From a virus, in the IMG/VR virus record IMGVR_UViG_3300045988_141012: 64,000 nucleotides of DNA. One strand, written 5' to 3'. Below the pieces are notes generated by a model. The model had not been told where the DNA came from and did not search any database. It saw nothing but the letters and a program-made list of their open reading frames with translations. Position numbers and translations under genes: made by a program. Of the stretch, positions 19,248-28,100 are shown in pieces. Every line of letters starts with the position of its first letter. The stretch's first letter is position 1.

Positions 19248-20547
19248 CCTTCAATTCCTCCTTGAAGAGTACAGAATAATCGTCTACTCCCATTTCCTTT
19301 AATTTTTTATATCGAGGTGACTTTTTGTTGCCACTTTTTAAAACATTGATATCATGACCATAATATAATTCTCTACAATATACTTGATACTCCTTAGGAA
19401 CATTTTCTGAAACATATATCATAAAATCTTTTTTATTGGTTTTGGGAGCATCATCATAGTATTGTTTTATATTTTTTGTGGTCTCATTAATATACTTCAT
19501 AACAACGGTTGCTATCTTCTTAACATTTTCATGATAAGCCTTTGGTAATTTCGATAGTAAATCATCATAACAGCCGTCGGCGATAGAAGAAATCACTAAA
19601 TTGATAGACGATAACTTAGATAATACTTTATGAATATGAACATAATCATTGTATTTTAATTTAACCTTATAACCGTCAATGTTGATTACAAAACCTTCCG
19701 CTTCATCAGATGACTTATCGTCTAATTCGGTCATAACATCATCCAAGGTCTTGTTGAAGATTTCTGTTGTTGGAATATTGTATAATTTTGCGAATTTGAG
19801 AATTGATTCATATGAATATTCTTCGCCGGTCAAATTACTTCTCATGCCGATAAGATATAATCCTTCTTGCTCTTTTGTGTATTTAACGACATGTGTATCT
19901 TTCAATGAAATGTACTCAAAAACAAAAGTGATATCGGGATATTCTCGCAACATTTGCTCATAACCAGGTAGCTGATATATCATTTTATAACCATCTTGTA
20001 ATCTCCAAGACATATTTGGGTCAATAGATTGACTCCCTGCCATTATAATTTGACCGTTATACCAAGTAGCTGATTGCATAGAACCGTCCAACTTATTTGA
20101 AAATTCAACTGTTTTTGCATTATCAATTCTACTTTGTATATTCTCCAAACTTGTTTCTTCAAGTTCATTAATATTAAAGAATTTAGCAAAGGGACACAAA
20201 ACTATTTTGTCATTTACTATATCAATTACTATACTTCTACATTCACGATAAAATCCATCATATATACTCCATAATTCCTCACCAGAATTATCAATTTCTC
20301 CATTGTAGATGTCACTATATTGACCATATCTCAAAAGAAGAAAGTGTCCATTTTGATTTAGTTCTAATCGTGAAAGTAAGTCCGCATATTCAGAATATTG
20401 ATTTATGGGTTCAATACTATTTAAACATTCGACCCATAATTCCAAACATGTTTTCTTCTCATCCATGTTATATGTAATATATCCCATTCTTTTATGAAAC
20501 TCATTTTTTATTTCAATGAATTTATTCATTACTGGATTCCAACTCAT
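19240..20547 (-). CDS. RNA ligase (T4 Rnl1-like) with N-terminal extension
   Basis: Motif I NKLDGS, motif IV AEGFVI, motif V YKVKLK. Confidence 0.7.
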   Translation of the reverse strand: MSWNPVMNKFIEIKNEFHKRMGYITYNMDEKKTCLELWVECLNSIEPINQYSEYADLLSRLELNQNGHFLLLRYGQYSDIYNGEIDNSGEELWSIYDGFYRECRSIVIDIVNDKIVLCPFAKFFNINELEETSLENIQSRIDNAKTVEFSNKLDGSMQSATWYNGQIIMAGSQSIDPNMSWRLQDGYKMIYQLPGYEQMLREYPDITFVFEYISLKDTHVVKYTKEQEGLYLIGMRSNLTGEEYSYESILKFAKLYNIPTTEIFNKTLDDVMTELDDKSSDEAEGFVINIDGYKVKLKYNDYVHIHKVLSKLSSINLVISSIADGCYDDLLSKLPKAYHENVKKIATVVMKYINETTKNIKQYYDDAPKTNKKDFMIYVSENVPKEYQVYCRELYYGHDINVLKSGNKKSPRYKKLKEMGVDDYSVLFKEELKDV

Positions 20548-21091
20548 TAAACAACCTCCTCAATAATCCTCTTGGTCTTGGTTTGCTCCACCAACCCGAC
20601 ACAAAATCATAATTATCTTTATCATGAGTATAATGACCTCTGTATGTTTTCAATTCAGGAGTAAGCTTATCTATTACTTTGTCATATTCAATATGGTCAA
20701 ATGGAGCTTTTATATCATAATCGTCTTTTGTACTTATATCAAAACGAATATCGTCTAAGTCGGATTCTTGAGCATTATACTTCATATACTTGACTTCCTG
20801 ACATTCCGCCCAATTTATTAACTCATCTTCTAATTCATTTAAAGTAAGAAATCGTTCAGATTCATCATATATAGAAATCTTATCGGAATTTGTGGATAAA
20901 AATTCTTTCATTTCTTCAACAGAAGTATATGCATCGTTGTGTTGATTAAACAAAGGTTTCCATCCACCACTTCTATGTCCAATACAAATCTCATAGCCGA
21001 AACAAGGTTCGTCCACAAGTCTATACTCATTAAAGAAATATTTCTCAACAAATTCCTTGTTTTGCGTATGTATATAATATCTTGTACTCAT
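20522..21091 (-). CDS. hypothetical protein (189 aa)
   Basis: ORF track; overlaps the ligase gene start. Confidence 0.6.
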   Translation of the reverse strand: MSTRYYIHTQNKEFVEKYFFNEYRLVDEPCFGYEICIGHRSGGWKPLFNQHNDAYTSVEEMKEFLSTNSDKISIYDESERFLTLNELEDELINWAECQEVKYMKYNAQESDLDDIRFDISTKDDYDIKAPFDHIEYDKVIDKLTPELKTYRGHYTHDKDNYDFVSGWWSKPRPRGLLRRLFNELESSNE

Positions 21092-21151
21092 TATATTTTC
21101 TACCCTTCTACCTATACATTCTCCGTTTCATCCGATGAAAAGTTTATTTAC

Positions 21152-21649
21152 TTATACAAATTTAACACCTAATTTTGCACTTGCCTTTGCCACATTCCTA
21201 AAAAGTTCATCTACTACATCATATTTCATTTGACGAATTTCAGAATTAACCATGTCTTGAAGAATTTTTATAAACAATCTATTGCTTGCTAGGAATAAAC
21301 CTATCTCCTCATTATATGTATCATCTTTATGGCAACAAGCCTCTGCTTTATATTTCCCACTTCGTACTTGAATCTTTTTGCCATCGGTTCTGTATTCATA
21401 AACAAATGCATAAAATCTTCCATCACTGTTGAAGTAATTCCCACCATTTTTCTTTCTCCATTCGCTCCACTTGTGAACTTCATCAAAATATTCTGCACAC
21501 ACATCTTCTGAGATACAGCCTTCATATTTATTTTTGTATCTAAAAGAAATTATGCCGTCTTCTGACACATCAGTCACTTCGCATATTGCACCAATATGTC
21601 TAAGTGTACCTATTCCCTTTTTCAATTTTATCTTATCGCCCTTCATCAT
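21152..21649 (-). CDS. hypothetical protein (165 aa)
   Basis: ORF track; SD AAGGGAGAG upstream. Confidence 0.6.
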   Translation of the reverse strand: MMKGDKIKLKKGIGTLRHIGAICEVTDVSEDGIISFRYKNKYEGCISEDVCAEYFDEVHKWSEWRKKNGGNYFNSDGRFYAFVYEYRTDGKKIQVRSGKYKAEACCHKDDTYNEEIGLFLASNRLFIKILQDMVNSEIRQMKYDVVDELFRNVAKASAKLGVKFV

Positions 21650-21680
21650 GTCACAACACTCTCCCTTTGAAACATTGTTT

Positions 21681-21863
21681 TCATCTATTTATATTCTCCG
21701 AATCAAAACCATAATCGCCAAGCTTCTTATCAATCACTCTATCAATATCATCAGAAAATCTTCTCAAAAGCTCTTGCTTAGCCTTCATGATATTCTCTGC
21801 TATGATCGTATATTCTTCATTAATTGTCAGCTTATATAGCCCATTCATACATATAATATCCAT
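21681..21863 (-). CDS. hypothetical protein (60 aa)
   Basis: Start moved to ATG 21863 behind AAGGAG; the track's longer start overlaps the upstream gene. Confidence 0.5.
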   Translation of the reverse strand: MDIICMNGLYKLTINEEYTIIAENIMKAKQELLRRFSDDIDRVIDKKLGDYGFDSENINR

Positions 21864-21867
21864 AACA

Positions 21868-22224
21868 TTACTCCTTTGCAGTTGTAAGAATTGCACCATC
21901 ACCATAACTCCACGACACATTGAATGAAGTCATATTATCTGTATTAATCTTTTCGCCACGATGTATAATCATTGGCATTTGACCCATATCACTCATCTTT
22001 TTTGATGGTATAAGAACAATTGAATCATATGCCTTTCCATCTTTAAAATTATTTTTGATAAGGCAATCAACTTGTTCTTCAAGCAACTTTACTCTATCTG
22101 AATCTTCAGGCTTATCAATTATAGTTTCATTAATTATTTTTAATTGATCTCTGATAACAGTCATATCCCACCGAATATCACAAATCACTTTTCTTATACA
22201 GTTAATGTTTCTAAAAAATCCCAT
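21868..22224 (-). CDS. hypothetical protein (118 aa)
   Basis: ORF track; AGGAGG upstream. Confidence 0.55.
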   Translation of the reverse strand: MGFFRNINCIRKVICDIRWDMTVIRDQLKIINETIIDKPEDSDRVKLLEEQVDCLIKNNFKDGKAYDSIVLIPSKKMSDMGQMPMIIHRGEKINTDNMTSFNVSWSYGDGAILTTAKE

Positions 22225-22265
22225 AATCTTTATCCTCCTAGTTATCTATTCTCCATTTGTGTAAA

Positions 22266-22577
22266 TTAAGTTGCCTCTTTTAAATCAACATATCTATCAA
22301 TGTAATCAAGAAGCTTATCTTTATTTTCTTCTTTTGTAAATTCCCCTACATATTCAATAGAATCTACATCTATACAATTAATCATTTCATTAATGTCCAA
22401 ATCTAAAATACCAGCTATTTCTTCTATTTGTTTTGGAGATAAAAACAATCTTCCGTCTAAAATTTTTCCGATATCTTTTGTAGAATATCCGCTTTCTTCA
22501 GCCAACGATTGAATGCTCTTATTCTGTTCCATCATTTTTAGTTTAATGAAACTTCCTATTTTGTGAAAATCATTCAT
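22266..22577 (-). CDS. XRE-family helix-turn-helix regulator
   Basis: QNKSIQSLAEESGYSTKDIGKILDGR HTH pattern. Confidence 0.7.
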   Translation of the reverse strand: MNDFHKIGSFIKLKMMEQNKSIQSLAEESGYSTKDIGKILDGRLFLSPKQIEEIAGILDLDINEMINCIDVDSIEYVGEFTKEENKDKLLDYIDRYVDLKEAT

Positions 22578-22640
22578 AATTTACTCCTAAATTCTTCCTT
22601 TGAAATGTTTCATTCATCAGCTTTTGTCTGCCATTCATAA

Positions 22641-23873
22641 TTACAAATTTATAATTACAGGATGTGAATATGCACCCACTATCTCATTTGCTTTCACATT
22701 TGAGAATACTTTGCGCATTATTTGAAATGCCCCATTAACATCGGCATTTATATATTTTCCGTTGTTGCTTCTAAAAAGCCCTCTATAGACTCTTCGTAAT
22801 TTGTTGTAATTTTCTTTTATAGGTAATTCATCATCTAAGAAAGATGTTCCTGATGTATAAGTCTCTTCTGTTTCAATTAAATCAATGCCAACCTCTTCAC
22901 ATTTGTATTCAAGTTTTTTAATGAAACTCTCATACGGTATTTGAGTAAATGTTTGATTAACAACCTTATGCATATTTGATTTCTGTTTCCAACCATCGTT
23001 TTTACCAATAATAAGTGTTCCAATATTATGATTTACACAATAGTCAACGACCCACCTACTTGTACAATGCATGAAATATTCCATCTTGAAATATCTTTTA
23101 TTCGTGAGATTTTGCATCCGTTTAGTCCAATCCGATCCATTTATAGCTTTCGCAATTCTTCTTAGATTAGAAACTTTCTTATTCCAATATTGGTTATAAG
23201 ATTTGATTCCTTTGCCATTTATAACAATAGAAGGTTCTTCTATGTTATTTACCATTGTTACAAAGTTGTTTATTCCTAAATCAATTGAGGAGATTCTGTT
23301 TCTATCCAAATTATTTATAAACTGCTTTTCATCCCTATAGACAATTTCAATAATGTAACAACCACCCTTAGGAATAATTCTTGTCCCAAGATGATAGCCT
23401 ATAACTTTTGTGTGAATAAGATTATTGTACTTCTTCATTCTTTTAAAAGAAAAATATAAATATCCATCTTTAATATGTGTCTGCATATTAGTCAATGTGC
23501 AAATAAATCTGCCATCTTTCTTTTTATAAGCAGGAATTTTAGGTTTACCCAAATACTTTTTGGGATGCATCGTGTAATCTTTAACTGCTACAAGAAATGA
23601 TTTCCATGACTTACATAAAGATTTTGTAACCATCTGTGCTGCATTTGATCCAAGTTCCACAAAAGCGTCAGTATGCTTTAATTCCTTATTCAAGACACCA
23701 TACTTCTTAACTGTCTTTGTTCTGAAGAACTCTTGCCGAATTGTATAATTACAAAGGTTATACATGTTCTTTGCCAAAAAGCATAAATTATCACAAGCTA
23801 AATACATTGGATGATTTTTGTTGATTATATGTCTCTCTACTTTATTAAAATTAATACCCCCTTTACTTAACAT
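22641..23873 (-). CDS. tnpB: TnpB-family RNA-guided nuclease (IS200/IS605 orfB type, no zinc finger)
   Basis: RuvC triad: SIDLGINNF, IETEETYTS, INADVNGAFQIMRK; no CxxC pair between E and D; start uncertain (ATG 23873 or TTG 23924). Confidence 0.8.
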   Translation of the reverse strand: MLSKGGINFNKVERHIINKNHPMYLACDNLCFLAKNMYNLCNYTIRQEFFRTKTVKKYGVLNKELKHTDAFVELGSNAAQMVTKSLCKSWKSFLVAVKDYTMHPKKYLGKPKIPAYKKKDGRFICTLTNMQTHIKDGYLYFSFKRMKKYNNLIHTKVIGYHLGTRIIPKGGCYIIEIVYRDEKQFINNLDRNRISSIDLGINNFVTMVNNIEEPSIVINGKGIKSYNQYWNKKVSNLRRIAKAINGSDWTKRMQNLTNKRYFKMEYFMHCTSRWVVDYCVNHNIGTLIIGKNDGWKQKSNMHKVVNQTFTQIPYESFIKKLEYKCEEVGIDLIETEETYTSGTSFLDDELPIKENYNKLRRVYRGLFRSNNGKYINADVNGAFQIMRKVFSNVKANEIVGAYSHPVIINL

Positions 23874-23878
23874 ATTCT

Positions 23879-24198
23879 CTATTTTATAAAACTTAATATA
23901 TGAGATATTACTGAAACCGTCCAACCATTACCAATACTTGTGCTTCGGAAACACCGTCGCAGAATGTATAATTATCAGGCAATGTTTGCAATCGATCTGC
24001 TACTGTTGTATTTAATTTTCTCACCTCATTTCACATCAAATACAATCCAGTACATGCACCAAGTCCACCGCCATTCGTTGTAATCGAACAGGCAATGCCC
24101 TCACTGCTATATACTCTGTATCCTTGTTTATAATTTCGTGAAAGTTGTTTACCGTCCTTTAACCACATATTACTATCAACTCCACCAACAAAAATTAA
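23879..24198 (-). pseudogene. decayed C-terminal fragment of a second C5 cytosine methyltransferase
   Basis: Reads QGYRVYSSEGIACSITTNGGGLG...TGLY, in-frame TGA (24033-24031), RKLN..RLQTLPDNYTF, then a frameshift before GNGWTVSVI; no start codon and no N-terminal catalytic motifs. Confidence 0.7.
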
Positions 24199-25697
24199 TT
24201 CATTGGCGGTTTCTGAAAATTTATCATTTTCTCATCGGTACAAACATATGTATTATCGTACTGAGCTTTATAAAGGTGTTCTGCTAATAATGAAATAACA
24301 GTTGTTACAATACTATTTCCCGACTGTTTATATCCTTGAGAATCTGACATACCGACCGCCTTACATCTTTCATAATCAATGTCATCAAAACCCATAAGTC
24401 TATGTGCTTCTTTAGGAGTAAGTTTTCTCACCACTCTAAGGTTATTTCTTTCAACCTTTGGCTCTGTATTGCCACCTCCACAAGTATGCATTGTTGGTGC
24501 AATACCGTCTTCGCTATATACTCTGCGAGATTGTTCATTCGTTTTTTGAAATCTTTCGCTACATAAATCAGCAATATGAATTAAATTATTTGAATCTGCA
24601 AAAATCTGTTTAGGTTGTTTATAATCTGTTGCCACCAATGCACCCATAATTGCATCTTCCTTATAAACTAAATCCCTCTGACCTATAGTTCTAAATTCAG
24701 GTTTTGTTGTGCCAATAATATTCTTCTCGAATTTGGAATCGGTAATTTGAAGTCTTTGTTGTACCTCATCAGATAAAAAATATTTTTCCAAAACATCTTT
24801 ATCTGTTTCTAATAAATCCTTTAATCTGATTCCTGTATCAAATGGTTTTGGAAATGTAAATAACTTTGTATCAATATCTTTACGAATTGATATACAAAAA
24901 ATTCTATTACGATTTTGTGGAATACCTGCATTCTTCGCATTAATTGTTTGATAATATGAATTGTATCCAAGATTATCAAGTCTACCAATCCAATCCTTAA
25001 AACTATCAATATATTTTTTCGATATAAGAGCATCGACATTTTCCATAAGTAAATATTTTGGCAATGTATTATTCTCTTTTGCCGTTACAAGAAGTCGTTC
25101 AACTTCATACAACAAACCCGAACGAGTTGATTTAATATTATGGCTACCACAATTGGGACAAGTATAACGAGTATCAACATCTAATTCTGATGGATTATAT
25201 TCACACTCACAATCTTGACAAGTCCATTTTAAACCCTCTTGTTTGCCAGCGATTGAAAGATCAGTACAGGGTGTAGAGTATGTAAGTAAATCGCTATATG
25301 GAAGGGATTTTATTTGCATCATATCTCCAAGATTATGTGATAGATAATCTGCTAACCAATATTTTTCAATTCCTTTTGTTTTATCTTTTCTTCGCGATAA
25401 TTTTTCCCAATCATATGGCTTGTCTTTCTTAAAATCATATCCAAGTCTTTTATCTGTTAGTTCTTTGACCATCATTTCTTTACTCGGATAATCTGCATAA
25501 TTTTCTATCATATCAGTGGTTAAGCCACAATGTATTGCAGCGTAACTGACTACTACTTCTTTATCCAAATCTGCTGTTGCAATCATATTAGCATTGAACA
25601 AGTGAGTATTATTTATACCTTTCATCTGTGCTCCAATGCCACTACAAAGTTCAATAACTGTTAAATTTTCTAATAAATTATTTTTCTCTGTGTTCAA
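24195..25697 (-). CDS. dcm: DNA (cytosine-5)-methyltransferase
   Basis: Motif I ELCSGIG, IV TPCTDLS, VI MENV, VIII QNRNRIF, RKLTPKEAHRLMGF, X GNSIV; TTG start. Confidence 0.9.
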   Translation of the reverse strand: MNTEKNNLLENLTVIELCSGIGAQMKGINNTHLFNANMIATADLDKEVVVSYAAIHCGLTTDMIENYADYPSKEMMVKELTDKRLGYDFKKDKPYDWEKLSRRKDKTKGIEKYWLADYLSHNLGDMMQIKSLPYSDLLTYSTPCTDLSIAGKQEGLKWTCQDCECEYNPSELDVDTRYTCPNCGSHNIKSTRSGLLYEVERLLVTAKENNTLPKYLLMENVDALISKKYIDSFKDWIGRLDNLGYNSYYQTINAKNAGIPQNRNRIFCISIRKDIDTKLFTFPKPFDTGIRLKDLLETDKDVLEKYFLSDEVQQRLQITDSKFEKNIIGTTKPEFRTIGQRDLVYKEDAIMGALVATDYKQPKQIFADSNNLIHIADLCSERFQKTNEQSRRVYSEDGIAPTMHTCGGGNTEPKVERNNLRVVRKLTPKEAHRLMGFDDIDYERCKAVGMSDSQGYKQSGNSIVTTVISLLAEHLYKAQYDNTYVCTDEKMINFQKPPMN

Positions 25698-25799
25698 ATT
25701 TATTTACCATACAGAGATTGTACAATCATTTATAACCGGTGTTTACTGTTTTATCCTTTCTATATTTTTATTTCTATAAAATAAACACGTCTGCTTATT

Positions 25800-26529
25800 T
25801 TATTTTGAATAATGCTGTATGTATTTTAAATTATTTTGATGTACAAACAATTTTTCTGTGACTTTAAACTGATTGTTTTTGTTTACATCTAAAGTTCTTG
25901 TAAATGGTTTACTCCAAATTGCCACAAAATCATCTGGTGCATTTTGTTCGGAGATAAACACAATATGATCTTTGCTTGTTTCTCTCATATAATTCCAAAA
26001 TTCGTTTGAGTCAAATTTTTCTTTTCCATACCCTGTTGTTCCATTATACGGAGGATCGGCATATACTACGCAATTTTGCGGAAGTTCTACCTCACGATAA
26101 TCTTTGCATATAAATTCCGCATCCATAAGAGTATTCATATCCTTTAACAACGATCTTTTGCTCTGGGCTGCATAATTTGTTCCTGTTTTATTCCTTGCAT
26201 ATCCGCCAAACCATTTACCTCCAAACGAACATCCAAATCCTACAAACCCAGCTAAAACTTTATCCTCGTCCTTATGTTCTTTTATATACTTATAATCATC
26301 TACAGATATATTCTCTGGCAAATCATATCCATGTTTAACCCCATTTAAGAGTTCAATCAAATATTCATGTTTATCATTTAATATTTTTCTTGCAAATCCA
26401 TCAACTTTACTTTCTATTGAACAACTTCCACAGAAAAGACTTACAAATGTCAGATTATCCCCCCCCAGTTCCTGTTATTATCATTGCAATTTGTTTCGCT
26501 ATTCTTGATTTTCCACCTTGGTATCTCAT
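25800..26529 (-). CDS. dam: Dam-family N6-adenine DNA methyltransferase, split by a +1 frame break at a G8 run
   Basis: ATG 26529 behind GGAGG gives MRYQGGKSRIAKQI; stop right after G8; the rest (FVSLFCGS ... YADPPYNG) continues in another frame to 25800; largest intact ORF is 25800-26360. Confidence 0.8.
26459..26466 (-). repeat. homopolymer G8 (C8 on plus strand) inside the dam gene
   Basis: Counted directly: cagattat-cccccccc-agtt. Confidence 0.9.
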
Positions 26530-26776
26530 TTATTACCTCCGAAATTTGTTTACTAATTCGACTTTTACCGCCTAAATATTGCATATTATATTCGGAGCGT
26601 GTACACTTTAAAACGTTACTCAATACCTTTCTTAATATTGTTATAGATGTTTGCAACCATCTAAATAAAATTTATAATCTAAAATTGAATTATCGGGCGA
26701 ATAGCCCAAAGACGTAGTAAATACTACATGAAATTATTCTCTATTTAAAAATCAAAATGAAAGCAAAATTTCAAGC

Positions 26777-27148
26777 TTAAATATATACTCTTTTGCCTTT
26801 TACTTTAATGTATCTGCCTTTTGTGTTAAAATAACAATCCTTTAGAACTGTTTGTTCTATATAACCACCACTTTTATATTTTAAATAAACAGAATCACCA
26901 AAGTCTTTAACCACCGTACCATCAGGAATATCAAACGGTGTCTCTTTTATATATTTTTCAATACATTTTGAACAATACTTCACTGTTTCCAAATCAATAA
27001 TTAAAACATCTTTTTTCCCTAAAGAGTGTCCACAATTTTCACAAAACAATTCTGCTTCTCGATCCGGAAATTTTGATTGCGGACATTCTTTATATTTTCT
27101 TTTACTTTTGTCCAATTTGTTTTTCGCTCTATCACATAACAAACTCAT
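26777..27148 (-). CDS. zinc-ribbon hypothetical protein (123 aa)
   Basis: CENCGH ... CSKCIE Cys pairs. Confidence 0.55.
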   Translation of the reverse strand: MSLLCDRAKNKLDKSKRKYKECPQSKFPDREAELFCENCGHSLGKKDVLIIDLETVKYCSKCIEKYIKETPFDIPDGTVVKDFGDSVYLKYKSGGYIEQTVLKDCYFNTKGRYIKVKGKRVYI

Positions 27149-27166
27149 AATAATTCCTCCTTATAA

Positions 27167-28027
27167 TTAAACTCTCACGCCAACACATTCATAAAATATA
27201 TCAGCATCAAAATACGGTAATGACTTAATAAATTCTTTATCATCATCGCTAACATCTTCATCCCACCATTTTTGCTTGTCAGCTTCAACTATTATTGTTT
27301 TGATATATCCGCCAATAGTTTCACATTCAGGGTGTCTAATAATTTCTTCTTCATTCATTTCGCTTTTGTCAATAAAATCCGAATATTTATATGATTGAGG
27401 ACAATCCAATAAAATCTCGTTAAATCTAACTATTGACTTATCATTAAAATCAAATTCAGTTTCATGATTAAACATTCTCACTTTAAGTGAATTTGTATTA
27501 CAATATCCGCTGTTATAATTTCCGCTGTTCCAATTTCCACTGTTCCAATATCCGCTGTTATAATCTCCGCTGTTACGATTTCCGCTGTTACACTTTCCGC
27601 TGTTCCAATATCCGCTGTTATAATCTCCGCTGTTACGATTTCCGCTGTTACACTTTCCGCTGTTCCAATATCCGCTGTTATAATCTCCGCTGTTACGATT
27701 TCCGCTGTTACGATCTCCGGAATTTCCTTTTCCAGTATTACACATATCCAACACTTCACTCCACTTCAATTCTTTTAAGATAACTATCTTATTTGTGCAA
27801 CACTTAGAGTTGGTATCATCAAAATCAATTTCTCCTATTGCCTCAATTTCAGCCACCTTATTGTTTGGGTCAAATGAATAATAATTAAAGCAATCTACCA
27901 ATTTTTCACAAAAATGAAAACCTACCTTACAACACTTTGGATTTTCTATTATCTCATAAGTCTTTCCAATTTCATATTGATAACCTCTGCATGTCCAATC
28001 TGAATTAAATACTTTATAACCTTTCAT
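27167..28027 (-). CDS. repeat protein: conserved N-domain plus about 15 five-residue NSGxx repeats (pentapeptide-repeat-like beta-helix)
   Basis: NSGDRNSGNRNSGDYNSGYWNSGKC... ; start moved to ATG 28027 behind AAGGAGG. Confidence 0.7.
   Translation of the reverse strand: MKGYKVFNSDWTCRGYQYEIGKTYEIIENPKCCKVGFHFCEKLVDCFNYYSFDPNNKVAEIEAIGEIDFDDTNSKCCTNKIVILKELKWSEVLDMCNTGKGNSGDRNSGNRNSGDYNSGYWNSGKCNSGNRNSGDYNSGYWNSGKCNSGNRNSGDYNSGYWNSGNWNSGNYNSGYCNTNSLKVRMFNHETEFDFNDKSIVRFNEILLDCPQSYKYSDFIDKSEMNEEEIIRHPECETIGGYIKTIIVEADKQKWWDEDVSDDDKEFIKSLPYFDADIFYECVGVRV
27503..27727. repeat. 15-bp periodic coding array; contains 60-bp units repeated identically (27541-27600 = 27601-27660 = 27661-27712)
   Basis: Three consecutive sequence lines are identical for 60, 60 and 52 nt. 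Confidence 0.95.
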
Positions 28028-28100
28028 TTTAAATTCCTCCTTATAATTGATTACAATCATCTTCATTGAATATAATTGTATTCATATATACATTCTCTTT

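Noticed and set aside
26450-26656. 68-aa ORF in the track (MQTSITIL...MQYLGGKSRISKQI...)
   Set aside because: It is a composite reading. It joins a leftover Dam N-terminal motif to an out-of-frame pass through the real dam start, and it ends at the G8 run. It is not an independent gene.
27478-27783. Alternative-frame and antisense ORFs over the 15-bp repeat array, and the thought that the identical 60-bp units might be a CRISPR array
   Set aside because: The units are directly adjacent with no spacers. They are in frame with the NSGxx repeat protein, and the other frames are repeat artefacts.
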